64,000 bases of DNA from Candidatus Marinacidobacterales bacterium (GTDB lineage Bacteria; Acidobacteriota; Vicinamibacteria; Marinacidobacterales; SMYC01), in the NCBI GenBank assembly GCA_965237955.1, contig OZ250169.1, positions 2,624,001-2,688,000 on the forward strand, in the 5' to 3' direction. Numbering within the stretch: the first letter of the stretch is position 1; the number at the start of each line of letters is the position of its first letter. The notes below the pieces were generated by a model, which saw only the letters and a list, made by a program, of their open reading frames with translations, was not told the origin of the DNA and ran no database searches. This document shows, in pieces, positions 1 through 12,192 of the stretch. Made by a program: the position numbers and the translations under genes.

Positions 1-2402
1 TGTCGGAGCTCTACAGCGAAGCGCTCACGCTTGCGGGGGGGCTAACGGATGCGGGAGTTTCCCGCGGCGACAGAGTGGCCATCATGCTCGGAACCAGCCG
101 CGACTTTTTCTCGAGCTTCATGGGCACGCTCCTCGCGGGCGCGGTGCCGGTGCCGCTCTATCCGCCGTTCACCATGAATCGGCTCGAGGAGTACATCGCC
201 CGTCAGGCCGGAATCGTCAAAAACGCCGAAGCCTCGGTATTCATCACCCTCGATAATAGGCGCGCAATAGGCGAAGTGCTCAAAACCAAGGCCCCTGCAC
301 TACGCGCGATCGTTAGCGTGTCCGACCTCGTATCGCGATCGAGGCCGATCGAGCCGGTCCTCGTCGACGGCACCGAGCCCGCGCTCATCCAATACACATC
401 TGGAAGCACGGGTGATCCCAAAGGTGTTTTGTTGTCGCACGAAAACCTTTTGACCAATATCCGCGCCATTGGTCACACGCTATCGATTCAACCGAACGAC
501 GTCGGCGTGAGCTGGCTTCCGCTTTACCACGACATGGGGCTCATCGGGGCATGGCTGACGCCGCTCTATTTCGGGATCCCTGTCGCCATTTTCTCGCCGC
601 TTGCGTTTCTGGCACGACCGGAGCGGTGGCTTTGGACCATCCACACGCGCCGCGGCACGATCTCGCCGGCGCCGAACTTTGCCTACGAGCTTTGCGCGCG
701 CAAGATCGAGCAAAGCGATATGGAAGGGCTCGACTTGAGCTCGTGGCGGGTCGCACTCACCGGCGCGGAACCGGTCGCGCCGAACACGATCGATCGCTTC
801 ACGCGAAGATTTTCCGCGTATGGCTTCGACGCCGAGAGTTTTTTGCCCGTCTACGGTCTCGCCGAGTCGTCACTGCTCGTCGCCGCTCCTAGGCGTCGCG
901 AAAAACCACGGGTAATAGATTTCGACCGCGACGCGCTCGAGCGCGATCGCGTTGCTCGGCGAGCCGTTTCCGGGACGCGGTCGCTCCGGCTCGTGTCGGT
1001 GGGAGAGGCCGTTTTGGGACACGAGGTCAAAATCGTCGACGATGGCGGGGCCGTGGTGGAAGACGGCGTCGAGGGTAGCGTGCTCTTCCGAGGTCCGTCC
1101 TCCATGCAGGGTTACTACCGGAACGAGAGCGCCACCGCCGCGATCCGGCGCGACGAGGGGTTTCTCGATTCCGGGGATCGAGGCTTTCGCTCCGAAGGAG
1201 ACCTCTTCATCACCGGCCGCTCCAAGGACATTATTATTCGCGCCGGCCGCAACTTGATGCCGCAGGAGATCGAAAGCGAAGTAGCCAAAGTTGCCGGCGT
1301 CCGCGCTGGATGCGTCGCCGCTTTCGGCGTGGCCGACCAAGACGCTGGCACCGAGAGCATCGTGGTGGTCGCCGAGGCGCGCGAGTCTTCCCACGACGCG
1401 AAGGCTCGCATCCGCCGGGAGATCGAAGTGAGCGTTCTCGACGCCTCTGGCTCGCCTCCGGCCGACGTCGTTCTCATCCCACCACGAACGATTCTCAAGA
1501 CGCCGAGCGGGAAGATCCGTCGCTCGGCGTGCCGCGAGCAATACCTTCGTGGCGGGCATCGACGAAACGCGGGGCGAAACAAAACTTCGTGGATGTGGTG
1601 GGCTCGAGCCGGTTATCGCTGGTACACCACCGTGCTCGCACGCGGCTGGCGTCAAGCTAAACGCCTCGCCTTCGGGAGCTACGTCTCAGCGGTTAGCGTG
1701 CTCTTCGTCGCGGCCGGCTGGGTTCTCGCGCTCGTCGTGCCGTCGCGGCGTTTCTTTCAACACTTCGTCCATCGGGCGGCGCGCGCCTACCTCGCACTGA
1801 CGGGCATCCGGCTAGAAGTGGAAGGTGCGGCGCGACTCGACGGACGAGCGGGTCCATTCGTCTTTGCCGTCAACCACGCGAGCTACCTCGACGCCATTCC
1901 CGTCATGGCCGCGCTTTCGATCGACTACGCGTTCGTGGTGAAACGCGAAGCGGCCGCGTGGCCTGTCATCGGAAAGTTCATACAGCGACTGGGTCACCTT
2001 CCGGTCGAGCGCGTTCACGCTGGAGAGAGTGCGAAGAGTACGCGCGCCATGCACGGACTTCTCGAGAACGGTCGCTCGGTCGTGCTTTTTCCGGAAGGTA
2101 CGTTCACCTACGCGAGCGGCATCCGTCCTTTCAAGCTCGGCGCGTTCAAGCTTGCCGTCGAAAGCGAAACGCCTCTCGTGCCGGTTGCGCTCGTCGGCAC
2201 GAGACGTTGGCTTCGCGATGGCACGTGGATCCCGCGGCGGAGCGCGCTCAAAGTCGTGATCGGCAAACCGCGGACGGCGCGCGAAGCCTCGTTCTCGGGC
2301 ATGGTGCAGTTGAAGGAAGAGACTGTGGAGCTCATCGCCCACGAAGTCGGCGAGCCGAGACTCGATCTGATCGCCGCCGGCCCCGTCGACGCTAATCGCT
2401 AA
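1..2402 (+). CDS. Fatty acyl-AMP ligase-like adenylation enzyme fused to a C-terminal PlsC-type acyltransferase (5'-partial)
   Basis: YTSGSTGDPKG, SWLPLYHDMGL and YGLAE adenylation motifs; NHASYLD and FPEGT acyltransferase motifs. The frame is open back to the window start. Confidence 0.85.
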   Translation, partial: SELYSEALTLAGGLTDAGVSRGDRVAIMLGTSRDFFSSFMGTLLAGAVPVPLYPPFTMNRLEEYIARQAGIVKNAEASVFITLDNRRAIGEVLKTKAPALRAIVSVSDLVSRSRPIEPVLVDGTEPALIQYTSGSTGDPKGVLLSHENLLTNIRAIGHTLSIQPNDVGVSWLPLYHDMGLIGAWLTPLYFGIPVAIFSPLAFLARPERWLWTIHTRRGTISPAPNFAYELCARKIEQSDMEGLDLSSWRVALTGAEPVAPNTIDRFTRRFSAYGFDAESFLPVYGLAESSLLVAAPRRREKPRVIDFDRDALERDRVARRAVSGTRSLRLVSVGEAVLGHEVKIVDDGGAVVEDGVEGSVLFRGPSSMQGYYRNESATAAIRRDEGFLDSGDRGFRSEGDLFITGRSKDIIIRAGRNLMPQEIESEVAKVAGVRAGCVAAFGVADQDAGTESIVVVAEARESSHDAKARIRREIEVSVLDASGSPPADVVLIPPRTILKTPSGKIRRSACREQYLRGGHRRNAGRNKTSWMWWARAGYRWYTTVLARGWRQAKRLAFGSYVSAVSVLFVAAGWVLALVVPSRRFFQHFVHRAARAYLALTGIRLEVEGAARLDGRAGPFVFAVNHASYLDAIPVMAALSIDYAFVVKREAAAWPVIGKFIQRLGHLPVERVHAGESAKSTRAMHGLLENGRSVVLFPEGTFTYASGIRPFKLGAFKLAVESETPLVPVALVGTRRWLRDGTWIPRRSALKVVIGKPRTAREASFSGMVQLKEETVELIAHEVGEPRLDLIAAGPVDANR

Positions 2403-2407
2403 GTAGT

Positions 2408-3171
2408 ATGGAGTACATCATTACCAACTCCACTCCGGATCCCCGACCCTGATTAACCAGGGCGCATTCGAGGATCCTGTTCGCAACTACCAGTCCATCG
2501 AGCTCACCATGGACAAGCGGGTCTCGAACAACTGGGGTCTGTTCGCGTCTTACCGCTGGTCGCGGCTCTACGGGAACTTCGAAGGCTTCTACCGGAGTGA
2601 TAACACTCAGTCCGATCCCGCGATCACATCGCTGTTCGACTTCCCGATCAACGATCCGAGCTACACCGAGATCGGGGTACCGCAGTTCGGTTTCAGCGGC
2701 CACATCCGCAACCAGGGCGAGCAAGGCTCCGGCCGGCTTCCCAACGACCGTCAGCACCAGATCAAGGGGTACTCGACGTACTCCATGGACAATGGCCTCG
2801 GTGTCGGCATCGGGCTGGTGTTGAGCTCGGGCACGCCGCTGACCGCGCTCGCCGCGAACCCAGAGTACGACAACAGCGGCGAGGTTCCGGTTACAGATCG
2901 TGGCGAGGGTTTCGACACCCACAACGGGTTCAAAAAGTCGGCCGACTTCCAATACGGTCTCGATCTGCACGTGGACTACCGCTTCAATATCGGTGATACG
3001 CAGGGCCTGACGCTCATCGCGGATCTCTTCAATACGTTCAACCTGCAGGCCGTGCTCCGTTACAATCAGTTCGCGGACCTCAGCTTTCTGGTGGCCGATC
3101 CGGACTTCCGTCGCCCGCGCGAGTACATGGCGCCGTTCCGTCTCCGGTTCGGCGTGCGCTACGAGTTTTAG
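2408..3171 (+). pseudogene. C-terminal remnant of a TonB-dependent (Oar-like) outer-membrane receptor
   Basis: Beta-barrel strands (NWGLFASYRWSRLYGN, ADLFNTFN) and terminal RFGVRYEF. No signal peptide or plug domain; frameshift near 2445. Confidence 0.75.
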
Positions 3172-3196
3172 AGCGCGAGACGCAAATTTCAGTCCC

Positions 3197-3226
3197 GGGC
3201 GGGAGCAAAGCTCCCGCCCCTTTTTT
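3197..3226 (+). terminator. Rho-independent terminator
   Basis: GGGCGGGAGC-AAA-GCTCCCGCCC stem followed by a T run. Confidence 0.85.
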
Positions 3227-3274
3227 GGGATCCTTTTTTTGACACCGAGACGTTAAGACACGAAGATTGGGGCC

Positions 3275-5071
3275 ATGATTCGTCAATGGGTAGGGATTCT
3301 CATCGTTTTGGCTGCTCCTGCGCTCTCAGCTTGTCGGGAGCCCCCCGCTGAGGAAGCCGAGGCCACGGCTTTCATCGAGCGGGCCGAATCCGAGCTTCTC
3401 GCGGCGTGGCAGGACTCCGCGCGCGCGAGCTGGGTTCAGGCCACGTACATTACCGAAGACACCCAGATCCTGGCCGCGAAAGCGAGCGAGACGTCGACGG
3501 CGCTCGCGGTGCAGTTGGCGCAAGAGGCCGCCCGGTTCCAGGGTCTCGAGCTACCGTACGATCTCGATCGCAAGCTTCGCCTGTTGCGTCTCGCGCTCAC
3601 CGTGCCGGCGCCCAATAACCCCGAAGAAACCCGTGAGCTCGCGCTCATCGAGACGTCGATGGAAAGCACCTACGGGCGCGGGAAGTATTGTCCCGATCAA
3701 GACACCTGCTGGGACCTTCAAGTCATGAGCAAGATGCTCGTCGAGAGCCAGGACGAGAACCATCTCCGGGAAGTTTGGAAGGGATGGCGCACGATCTCGC
3801 CACCCATGCGCGAGGAGTTCACCCGCTACGTCGAGCTCGGCAACAAGGGCGCCCGCGAGCTCGGGTTTACCGATCTCGGCTCGATGTGGCGTTCGCAATA
3901 CGACATGCCGCCCGACGCGTTCGCCGCGGAGCTCGATCGTTTGTGGGATCAGGTAAAGCCCCTCTACGTATCGCTGCATGCCTACGTGCGGCGTCGCCTG
4001 CGCGAAACGTACGGCCCGGAGATCGTGCCCGCAAGCGGTCCCATTCCGGCACATCTTCTCGGCAACATGTGGGCCCAGCAGTGGGGAAACATCTATCCGC
4101 TCGTCGCTCCCGACGACTCGGATCCGGGCTACGACTTGACGGACAAGCTGGTAGCGAAGCGCACCGATGCCGTGGAGATGGTGCGCTACGGCGAGAGATT
4201 CTTTCTCTCGCTCGGGTTTGATCCGCTACCGGAAACGTTTTGGGAGAGGTCTTTGTTCGTGCAGCCGCGAGACCGAGACGTGGTCTGCCATGCAAGCGCG
4301 TGGTCCGTCGACGCCGCCGCCGATCTCCGCATCAAGATGTGCATCGATATCACCGCCGAGGATTTCTCTACGATCCATCACGAGCTCGGGCACAACTTCT
4401 ACCAGCGAGCGTACATGAACCAAACGCCGCTCTATCGCGGGAGCGCCAACGACGGCTTCCACGAGGCGATTGGCGACACACTCGCGCTCTCGGTGACGCC
4501 GGCGTATTTGAAAGAGCTCGGTCTCATCGACGAAGAGCCCGATACCTCCAAGGACATCGGTCTCTTGCTGCGGATGGCCCTCGACAAGGTCGCGTTTCTG
4601 CCGTTCGGGCTTCTTGTCGACCAGTGGCGGTGGCGTGTGTTCTCGGGTGAGGTTTCTCCGGCGCATTACAACGAAGCGTGGTGGGAGCTGCGGGAGAGGT
4701 ACCAGGGCGTGGTCGCACCGGTTGCGCGATCCGAAGCCGACTTCGATCCGGGCGCCAAATACCATGTGCCCGCGAGCACTCCCTACTCCCGCTACTTCCT
4801 TGCTCACATTCTCCAATTCCAGTTCCACCGCGCGCTTTGCAAGGAGGTCGGATACGACGGACCGCTCAACCGCTGTACGATCTACGGCAACAAAGCGGCC
4901 GGGGCACGCTTGAACGCGATGCTCGAGATGGGGTTGTCGCGACCCTGGCCCGAGGCGCTCGAAGCGATGACGGGTGAGACTGAGATGGATGCCACCGCCA
5001 TTCTCGATTTTTTCGCGCCTCTGCAGGCTTGGCTCAATGAGAAGAATGAAGGGCATCCGACGGGGTGGTAG
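3275..5071 (+). CDS. M2 family metallopeptidase (ACE-like peptidyl-dipeptidase), lipoprotein
   Basis: HHELGH zinc motif, GANDGFHEA-like segment, HLLGNMWAQ, DFDPGAKYHV and an LSAC lipobox. Confidence 0.93.
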   Translation: MIRQWVGILIVLAAPALSACREPPAEEAEATAFIERAESELLAAWQDSARASWVQATYITEDTQILAAKASETSTALAVQLAQEAARFQGLELPYDLDRKLRLLRLALTVPAPNNPEETRELALIETSMESTYGRGKYCPDQDTCWDLQVMSKMLVESQDENHLREVWKGWRTISPPMREEFTRYVELGNKGARELGFTDLGSMWRSQYDMPPDAFAAELDRLWDQVKPLYVSLHAYVRRRLRETYGPEIVPASGPIPAHLLGNMWAQQWGNIYPLVAPDDSDPGYDLTDKLVAKRTDAVEMVRYGERFFLSLGFDPLPETFWERSLFVQPRDRDVVCHASAWSVDAAADLRIKMCIDITAEDFSTIHHELGHNFYQRAYMNQTPLYRGSANDGFHEAIGDTLALSVTPAYLKELGLIDEEPDTSKDIGLLLRMALDKVAFLPFGLLVDQWRWRVFSGEVSPAHYNEAWWELRERYQGVVAPVARSEADFDPGAKYHVPASTPYSRYFLAHILQFQFHRALCKEVGYDGPLNRCTIYGNKAAGARLNAMLEMGLSRPWPEALEAMTGETEMDATAILDFFAPLQAWLNEKNEGHPTGW

Positions 5072-5100
5072 ACTGACGCTTCTAGATCACCCGTAATCCC

Positions 5101-5886
5101 TTGCTCAAGAATCTCCGGACCGTCTTCCGCTACCGTGTGCTCATCCAGAGCCTTGTGGTACGGGAGCTCAGGGCGCGCTACCGGGGCTCGGTCCTGGGCT
5201 TTTTGTGGTCGTTCATCAACCCTTTGCTCCAGCTCGTCATCTATTGGTTCGTGTTCAGCTACATCATGCCGACCCGGGGCATGATGGGAATGTCACCCTA
5301 CGCGCTGTTTCTGTTCACCGGCATCCTTCCTTGGACCTGGTTCAGCTCATCGGTCATGGAATCTTCGGCCGTCCTCATCTCGAGTGGTAACCTCATTAAG
5401 AAGATCTTCTTTCCCGCAGAAGTGCTCCCCATCGTCGTCGTGCTCAGCAACTTGGTGCATTTTTTTCTCGGGCTTCCGATCCTATTCGGTTTCCTCATTT
5501 ACTACGGGAAGATCCAAGCGACGCTCGTGTACTTCCCTGCAGTCGTGCTCTTGCAGTTGGTCTTCACCCTCGGCGTGTGCTTGTTCATCTCCGCGTTGGC
5601 GGTGCACTTCCGGGACGTTCAGAACATCATCGCCAACCTGATGATGCTGTGGTTCTTCGCGAGTCCAGTGATTTACTCGTATCTGACGATCTCGCCGTCG
5701 CTCCAGCGCTGGTTGAACTACAACCCGATGACCCACATCATTGTCGGCTATCACCAGTCGCTCTTCACCGGCTCGATGGGCCACTGGCCTTGGCTCTTGG
5801 TCATGATCCCGGCCGCACTGATAACATTTTTCGTGGGCTACTATTTCTTCGACAAACTAAGAGACACCTTCGCCGAAGAAGTGTGA
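5101..5886 (+). CDS. wzm: ABC-2 polysaccharide export permease
   Basis: RYRGSVLGFLWSFINP, six TM segments, FRDVQNI; adjacent to wzt. Confidence 0.9.
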   Translation: MLKNLRTVFRYRVLIQSLVVRELRARYRGSVLGFLWSFINPLLQLVIYWFVFSYIMPTRGMMGMSPYALFLFTGILPWTWFSSSVMESSAVLISSGNLIKKIFFPAEVLPIVVVLSNLVHFFLGLPILFGFLIYYGKIQATLVYFPAVVLLQLVFTLGVCLFISALAVHFRDVQNIIANLMMLWFFASPVIYSYLTISPSLQRWLNYNPMTHIIVGYHQSLFTGSMGHWPWLLVMIPAALITFFVGYYFFDKLRDTFAEEV

Positions 5887-5896
5887 GCAATGAGCA

Positions 5897-7249
5897 ATGA
5901 CGACAGCGATACAAGTTTCGGACCTCACCAAGGTTTATCAGCGCTACAGCCATCGGAAGCAGTTCCGCACGCTCAAAAGTGCGCTCTTGGGTGGCAGCCT
6001 CCTCGCGGACCTTCGGCCCGATGAGCGATTTCCCGCGCTCAGCGGGGTGACCTTCAACGTCCGCCAGGGATCGACGTTCGCGATTATCGGGAGAAACGGC
6101 TCCGGGAAGAGCACCCTTCTCAAAGTCATTGCCGGCATCTCGAAACCCGACGCGGGGACGGTCACGGTGAACGGCCGCGTCTCCGCGCTCATCGAGCTCG
6201 GCGCCGGCTTCCATCCCGAGATCACCGGCCGCGAGAACATCTTCATCAACGGCATCATGTTGGGGTTGTCGAAGAAGGAAATCCAGAATCGCTTCGATGA
6301 CATCGTGGAGTTCGCGGAGCTCGAGGAGTTCATCGATGCTCCGGTCAAGACCTACTCCTCCGGCATGTACATGCGCCTCGGGTTCGCGGTTGCGATCCAT
6401 GTCGATCCGGATGTTCTCTTGATCGACGAAGTGCTCGCGGTGGGTGACGAAGCCTTCGTTCACAAGTGCCTCGACAAGATCAGCGAGTTCCGCCGCCGCA
6501 ACAAGACCATCATCCTCGTGACCCACAGCCTTGGCCTCGTCGAGAAGATGGCCGACGAGGCGCTCTGGATCGACAAATCCGAAGTACAGCTGCGAGGCGA
6601 TCCGAAGAAGGTCGTCGACGCTTACCTCGCCCGCGTGAGCCAGCACGAAGAAAAAGAGCTCACCGCCGCCGAACAGAGCGCGCTCGCCGAGTTTGAAACA
6701 CCCGAGTCCGCGCCCCGGGAGTCCCGAGAGATTGAGCCCGAATTTCCTGTCAGTGAGGTCGAGCCCACGTCGGCGTTCGAGCGAGAGAAAGGCCGTTGGG
6801 GCTCGCGCGAAGTGGAGATCGAGGATGTCTCCCTCCACGGCGACGACGGGAGCAGCAAGCACATTTTCTCGACCGGCGAGCCGGTGACGGTTCACTTGAA
6901 GATCAAGAGCACCGGTACGATCAAAGACTTCGTCTTTGGCGTGGCCATTTTCAACGCCGACGGTGTGTGCTGCTATGGGACGAACACCGACATCGAGGAG
7001 CTCGAGCCGGTCACACTCTCGGGCGAGGGAGAAGTGAGGTTCGTGATCCCGAAGCTTCAGCTCATCGAGGGGACTTACTTTCTCGACGTGGCCGCTCATC
7101 AACGCGATGGCTATCCGTTCGACTATCACCGCGCACTGCACCAATTCCGTATCCAATCGCGGGTGAAAGACGTCGGAGTGTACCGTCCCACACATCGGTG
7201 GGAGTTCACCCCCAATATCGTCATGCGCCCGCCCAAGTCGTCGTCGTGA
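5897..7249 (+). CDS. wzt: Polysaccharide ABC transporter ATPase with C-terminal Wzt_C domain
   Basis: GRNGSGKST Walker A, YSSGM signature, [11 protein letters not shown] and a C-terminal beta-rich domain. Confidence 0.92.
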   Translation: MTTAIQVSDLTKVYQRYSHRKQFRTLKSALLGGSLLADLRPDERFPALSGVTFNVRQGSTFAIIGRNGSGKSTLLKVIAGISKPDAGTVTVNGRVSALIELGAGFHPEITGRENIFINGIMLGLSKKEIQNRFDDIVEFAELEEFIDAPVKTYSSGMYMRLGFAVAIHVDPDVLLIDEVLAVGDEAFVHKCLDKISEFRRRNKTIILVTHSLGLVEKMADEALWIDKSEVQLRGDPKKVVDAYLARVSQHEEKELTAAEQSALAEFETPESAPRESREIEPEFPVSEVEPTSAFEREKGRWGSREVEIEDVSLHGDDGSSKHIFSTGEPVTVHLKIKSTGTIKDFVFGVAIFNADGVCCYGTNTDIEELEPVTLSGEGEVRFVIPKLQLIEGTYFLDVAAHQRDGYPFDYHRALHQFRIQSRVKDVGVYRPTHRWEFTPNIVMRPPKSSS

Positions 7250-7728
7250 GCCGCAACAAGGTCCTCGACCGGGAGTCGATGCTTGCGGAGCGCGCGAAGC
7301 TCCGTGACGCCCGCGCGAAGCTCGTGTTCACGAATGGATGCTTCGATATTCTGCATCCCGGCCACGTGCGCTACCTCAACCAGGCCCGCGGCCTCGGCGA
7401 TCGTCTCGTCGTCGCCGTCAATGCCGACGCGACCGTGTCTGCGCTCAAAGGCGAAGGACGCCCGCTCATGCCTCTCGGCGAGCGGATGGAGATTTTGGCG
7501 GCGCTCGAAGCCGTCGACTACGTCGTGTCCTTCGATGAGGAAACGCCACAGGCGATCATCGACGCGATCATTCCCGACGTCCTCGTCAAAGGCGGCGATT
7601 GGACGCCGGACAACATCGTCGGCCGCCACACGGTCGAGAGCTCCGGCGGGAAGGTTTTCTCGCTCCCGTTCGCACCGGGCTACTCGACGTCGGGATTGAT
7701 CGACCGCATCGTATTCAAGAAGGCATGA
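7246..7728 (+). CDS. rfaE2: D-glycero-beta-D-manno-heptose 1-phosphate adenylyltransferase
   Basis: [28 protein letters not shown] start overlaps the wzt stop (GTGA). Confidence 0.9.
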   Translation: MSRNKVLDRESMLAERAKLRDARAKLVFTNGCFDILHPGHVRYLNQARGLGDRLVVAVNADATVSALKGEGRPLMPLGERMEILAALEAVDYVVSFDEETPQAIIDAIIPDVLVKGGDWTPDNIVGRHTVESSGGKVFSLPFAPGYSTSGLIDRIVFKKA

Positions 7729-10700
7729 CCCGAGGCACGAAAACCTCGCTCGGGCGTATCGTCGACGGGCTCGCGCTCGAGTCTATCATCGAGTCCGGCA
7801 TAGAGACCGGCGCGACCGCCCGTATTTCCGGCTTGATGGGCCCGGCTCGCTCCCTCCTCGTAGCCGCGATCGCGCAAAAAACGTCGGGACCGATGCTTGT
7901 CGTCGTCGCCGACGAGAGACGCCTCGCTCCCGCGGTATCGGATCTCGAATCGCTACTACGCGCACTCGGTGTTCCCCGGCGCGTGTTGTCGTTCCCGGCG
8001 TTCGCGCTCGATCCGTATCGCGGCCTGTCACCTCATCTGGAGGTGACCTCCGCCCGGCTCGAGGCGCTCGTCTCCTTGCTCGACGGCGAGGATGTCGTCA
8101 TCGTTGCCACCGCGGGCGCGCTTCTCTATCGAACCGCCGCGCCCGAGCTCTTGAGGCGCGGCATCCGCGAGCTCCGCGCCGGCGATAGCTTCGACCCCGG
8201 TGAGCTCGAGCGCTACCTCGTCGATGCCGGATACCGCAACGAAGATCCGGTGACGACGCCTGGAGACTTCACCCGCCGCGGCGGCATCCTCGACGTGTTT
8301 CCCCCCGGACACTCGGGACCGCTCCGCCTCGAGCTTTTCGGCGACGAGCTCGAGGAGATCCGTACGTTCGACCCTCAAACGCAGCGTACGATCGGATCGC
8401 TTTCCGAAGCCCGCATCGTACCCGCCAGTGAGTGGCCAGCCGCACAGGCGCACCTCGAGGCCCTTGCGCTCGAGGACATCGCGGGCGCTCCCGGCCTTGG
8501 GTTCCGTCTGCCGCGTCACCCGGATTTCCAGGCGAGTCTGTTCGATTATCTCGGGGCAGGTTCCATTGGCCGACTGGTCGTCGAGGAGCCGGTCGACGTC
8601 TCCCGCTCCGCCGAGGCCGAGTGGGAACGAGTGCTCGCGAGCTTTGCTGAGGCTGAAGACGACCTGTCTAGGCTGCCCCGCCTGTCTCGTTACGCGGAGC
8701 CGTCCGAGCTGTTGATGGATTTGGGGGCGTTGAAGGACATCGTCGAATCACGCGCGCTCACACTTCAAGAGATGGGCGTTCTCGGGGAAGACACCCGACA
8801 TCTGTCGACGTTGATCCCCCCCTCGTTTCGGGGGCGTGTTTCCGAGTTCCTCCAAGAGGTGCGCAAACACATCGACCGCGGCGCGCTCGTGCGCCTGTTC
8901 GTCTCCGGCGAAGGGATGGCAGACCGTTCGGTAGAGCTCCTATCGGAAGCCGGGCTCACCGCGGGCCGGGCAAAAGACGATGCCAGCGGTGAAGGCCACG
9001 TCGTGCTCGAGCTCGGACACCTTTCGCAGAGCTTCGTCGTGCCCGAGCTTTCACTCGCTGTCTTCACCGCGAGCGACGTCTTCGCCGAGCCGCCGGCGCC
9101 CGCGGCGCGCAAAGGCGCCAAGCTGAGACGCTTTCTCTCCGACTTCCGCGATCTCGCAATCGGTGACTACGTGGTTCACACCGAGCACGGCATCGGCGTC
9201 TTTACCGGGTTGCGCCAGCTCGCCGAAGGCGACACGAAAGAGTTCGTCGTGCTCGAGTATTCAGGCGGCGACAAGCTGTACGTCCCCGTGGATCGGCTCG
9301 ATTATCTCGAGAAGTACTCGAGCGCCGAGAGCGCCAAGCCCAAGCTCGACAAGCTCGGAGGCACCGGTTGGGAGCGTGTCAAAACGCGCGTACGCAAATC
9401 CATGCGCGACATGGCGCAAGAGCTCTTGAAGCTCTACGCCGCGAGGAAAGAAGCGGAAGGGTACGCGTTCGCTTCCGATACTGCGTGGATGGGCGAGTTT
9501 GAAGCACTGTTCGAGTTCGAAGAAACACCCGATCAGCTCCAAGCGATCGCGGATGTGAAACGAGACATGGAAACGCCGTCACCGATGGACCGGCTTCTAT
9601 GCGGCGACGTCGGTTACGGCAAAACCGAAGTCGCGATGCGGGCCGCGTTCAAAGCGGTGAGCGATGGGCGCCAGGTAGCGGTGCTGGTGCCGACCACGGT
9701 GCTCGCGTTCCAACACTTGAGCACGTTTCGAGAACGTTTCGCGGCGTTTCCGATGCGCGTGGAAATGCTCTCCCGCTTCAAGACACGGAAGGAGCAGAAG
9801 AAGATCGTCGAGGACCTGGCCGACGGCAAAGTCGATATCGTCATCGGCACCCATCGTCTGCTCTCCAAAGACGTCCGCTTCCAAGAGCTCGGGCTGCTCG
9901 TCGTCGACGAAGAGCAGCGTTTTGGCGTCTCTCACAAAGAGCGCTTGAAAACGCTCAGCCATGGTGTCGACTCGCTGACGATGACCGCAACCCCGATCCC
10001 GCGCACCCTTCACATGTCGTTGTCCGGTATCCGCGACATGTCGGTGATCGAGACGCCGCCGAAAGGCCGGATGGCGATCCAGACGCACATCGTCCGCCTC
10101 GATGCGACGGTTCTCACCGAGGCGATCCGCTACGAGCTCGGCCGCGGCGGCCAAGTCTACTTCGTCCACAACCGCGTCAGCTCGATCTACTCTCTGGCAA
10201 ACTACCTGCACCGGCTCGTTCCCGAGGCGCGCATCGTAATAGGCCACGGCCAGATGAAAGAATCGGAGCTCGAGAGCGTCATGCTGCGGTTCATCCGTGG
10301 TGAGTTCGACGTCCTCGTCAGCACCACCATCATCGAGAACGGGCTCGACATTCCGCTGGTCAACACGTTGATGGTCAACCGTGCGGATCGGTTCGGCCTC
10401 TCTCAGCTCTACCAACTCCGCGGTCGCGTCGGCCGCTCCAACCGCCGTGCGTACGCGTACCTGCTCATCCCCGACGAATCTCACCTGACGCCCGTCGCGC
10501 GGCGGCGTTTGGCCGCCATACGGGAGTTCAGCGAGCTCGGAGCTGGATTCCGTATCGCCGCGCTCGATCTCGAGCTGCGGGGAGCAGGCAACCTTCTCGG
10601 CGGCGAGCAACACGGTCACATCGACGCCGTCGGCTTCGATCTCTACTGTCGCCTCCTCGACGAGACCGTGCGGGAGCTCTCGGGTGAGGAAGCGCTCGCG

Positions 10701-11183
10701 AGCTCCGCCCGTGCGAATCTCAACTTGCGGATCGAGCTTCGCCTGCCCGAGGAGTTTATCCCCGATATCAACCAGAGGATGTCGATCTACAAGCGCACGT
10801 CGTCCGCGCGCGATCGCGATACCCTCGAGGAGCTCCAGGAAGAGACCCGCGACCGTTTCGGATCGCTCCCCGAGAGGGTCCTGCAGTTCTTCGAATATGC
10901 GCGGCTCCAAGTGATGGCGGACGGGCTTCGGCTCACGAGCGTCGAGCGCGACCATCGCGGCGGCGGTGGCCTCTCGTTCCGATTGACGCCGGCAACGGGC
11001 ATTGAGCCCAAAGAGCTCGTCCAACTCGCGAAAGCACTACCGGCGAGTGTCCGCGCCGACGTGCCTGACGTGAAAGCCGCGGTGGTGAGAATCGAGCTTC
11101 CCGGAACGACGCCGTCCGAGATCCTCACCGCGGTGCGCGAGGTTTTGCTACAGCTCTCGCATTACTCTAAGATGAGCGTATAG
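7725..11183 (+). CDS. mfd: Transcription-repair coupling factor
   Basis: CarD/RID segment [27 protein letters not shown] and [11 protein letters not shown] overlaps the rfaE2 stop (ATGA). Confidence 0.97.
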   Translation: MTRGTKTSLGRIVDGLALESIIESGIETGATARISGLMGPARSLLVAAIAQKTSGPMLVVVADERRLAPAVSDLESLLRALGVPRRVLSFPAFALDPYRGLSPHLEVTSARLEALVSLLDGEDVVIVATAGALLYRTAAPELLRRGIRELRAGDSFDPGELERYLVDAGYRNEDPVTTPGDFTRRGGILDVFPPGHSGPLRLELFGDELEEIRTFDPQTQRTIGSLSEARIVPASEWPAAQAHLEALALEDIAGAPGLGFRLPRHPDFQASLFDYLGAGSIGRLVVEEPVDVSRSAEAEWERVLASFAEAEDDLSRLPRLSRYAEPSELLMDLGALKDIVESRALTLQEMGVLGEDTRHLSTLIPPSFRGRVSEFLQEVRKHIDRGALVRLFVSGEGMADRSVELLSEAGLTAGRAKDDASGEGHVVLELGHLSQSFVVPELSLAVFTASDVFAEPPAPAARKGAKLRRFLSDFRDLAIGDYVVHTEHGIGVFTGLRQLAEGDTKEFVVLEYSGGDKLYVPVDRLDYLEKYSSAESAKPKLDKLGGTGWERVKTRVRKSMRDMAQELLKLYAARKEAEGYAFASDTAWMGEFEALFEFEETPDQLQAIADVKRDMETPSPMDRLLCGDVGYGKTEVAMRAAFKAVSDGRQVAVLVPTTVLAFQHLSTFRERFAAFPMRVEMLSRFKTRKEQKKIVEDLADGKVDIVIGTHRLLSKDVRFQELGLLVVDEEQRFGVSHKERLKTLSHGVDSLTMTATPIPRTLHMSLSGIRDMSVIETPPKGRMAIQTHIVRLDATVLTEAIRYELGRGGQVYFVHNRVSSIYSLANYLHRLVPEARIVIGHGQMKESELESVMLRFIRGEFDVLVSTTIIENGLDIPLVNTLMVNRADRFGLSQLYQLRGRVGRSNRRAYAYLLIPDESHLTPVARRRLAAIREFSELGAGFRIAALDLELRGAGNLLGGEQHGHIDAVGFDLYCRLLDETVRELSGEEALASSARANLNLRIELRLPEEFIPDINQRMSIYKRTSSARDRDTLEELQEETRDRFGSLPERVLQFFEYARLQVMADGLRLTSVERDHRGGGGLSFRLTPATGIEPKELVQLAKALPASVRADVPDVKAAVVRIELPGTTPSEILTAVREVLLQLSHYSKMSV

Positions 11184-11247
11184 CAACAGGATTCCGCCAT
11201 CCGCCATCCGCCATCGGCTGGCGTAGGGCTTTTGACGCTTCGGGACC

Positions 11248-12192
11248 ATGAGATATACCCTTCTCTTCGCGATCGGTGTTGCGAGCTGCGTTTCGCGCGA
11301 GGTCCCACGGAGCGAGCGGATCGTGGTGGAGATCGCCGGGGATGCCATCACCGTGGGCGAGTTCGACCGTTTCGTCGAGTCCTCGGTGCATCAGGACGAG
11401 CCGTTTCTCGCCGCAGACGTCAAGGAGGCTCTGCTTGAGCAATTCATAGAAGAGAAGCTCCTGCTCCGCGCCGCGGACGACGCTGGGGTTCGCGCCGATC
11501 CCAAATCGGTGGCGCGCCGACTCGAAGTCATCGAAAAAGCACAAATGGCGAAGTCGCAGGTCTCGAGCCAGGGGGCGATGGCTGCGGTTCTCGAGCGGCA
11601 GCTTGTGATCGAAAAGCTCGTCGAGACCGAGCTCTTCGACGAGCTGGATGTGACCGACGCCGAAGTGGAAGCTCACTTCGAGGCCAACCGGGCTCTATTC
11701 CAGCGACCGGAGACGGTCTCGATCTCGCAGATTCTCGTCGAAGAAGAGCCACGGGCGAACGAGATCCTGCAACAGCTCAAAGCCAACCCCGCGCTCTTCA
11801 AGAAATTCGCCGAAGAGCACTCGATCGGTCCGGAGTCGAGCCGGAGCGGGCTTTTGGGCACCTTCGGGCGCGGCGAGCTGCCTCCTTCGTTCGAAATGGC
11901 CGTGTTCGCGCTCAGGAAAGGTCGCATCTCCGACGTCGTAGCGACCGATTTCGGGTTTCACATCTTCAAGCTCCACGAGAAGACCGACGCCGAGCTTCTC
12001 TCTCTCGACGACGTGCGCGACACCATCCGCGTCGCTCTTCTGCGCGACAAGAGCGAGACCGAGCTCTCGCGCTATATTGAGGGGTTGAAACAGACGTACG
12101 CCGTGACCGTCCATCGTGAGCACTTGAGCTTCGCTTTTCTAGAGTGGGAGGACGGTAACGCCGCGGGGGCGCCAACGGAGGAAAGTCCATGA
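11248..12192 (+). CDS. PpiC-type peptidyl-prolyl isomerase (PrsA/SurA-like lipoprotein)
   Basis: Lipobox VASC and parvulin motifs GLLGTFGRGEL and TDFGFHIFK. Confidence 0.85.
   Translation: MRYTLLFAIGVASCVSREVPRSERIVVEIAGDAITVGEFDRFVESSVHQDEPFLAADVKEALLEQFIEEKLLLRAADDAGVRADPKSVARRLEVIEKAQMAKSQVSSQGAMAAVLERQLVIEKLVETELFDELDVTDAEVEAHFEANRALFQRPETVSISQILVEEEPRANEILQQLKANPALFKKFAEEHSIGPESSRSGLLGTFGRGELPPSFEMAVFALRKGRISDVVATDFGFHIFKLHEKTDAELLSLDDVRDTIRVALLRDKSETELSRYIEGLKQTYAVTVHREHLSFAFLEWEDGNAAGAPTEESP

Noticed and set aside
6796-7724. N-terminal extensions of rfaE2 and mfd in the ORF track
   Set aside because: They overlap upstream genes; coupled starts at 7246 and 7725 fit better.
9597-11024. 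Long antisense ORFs (also 5801-7195, 15871-17061, 33494-34843)
   Set aside because: Shadow frames of well-supported genes in high-GC DNA, with no family motifs.
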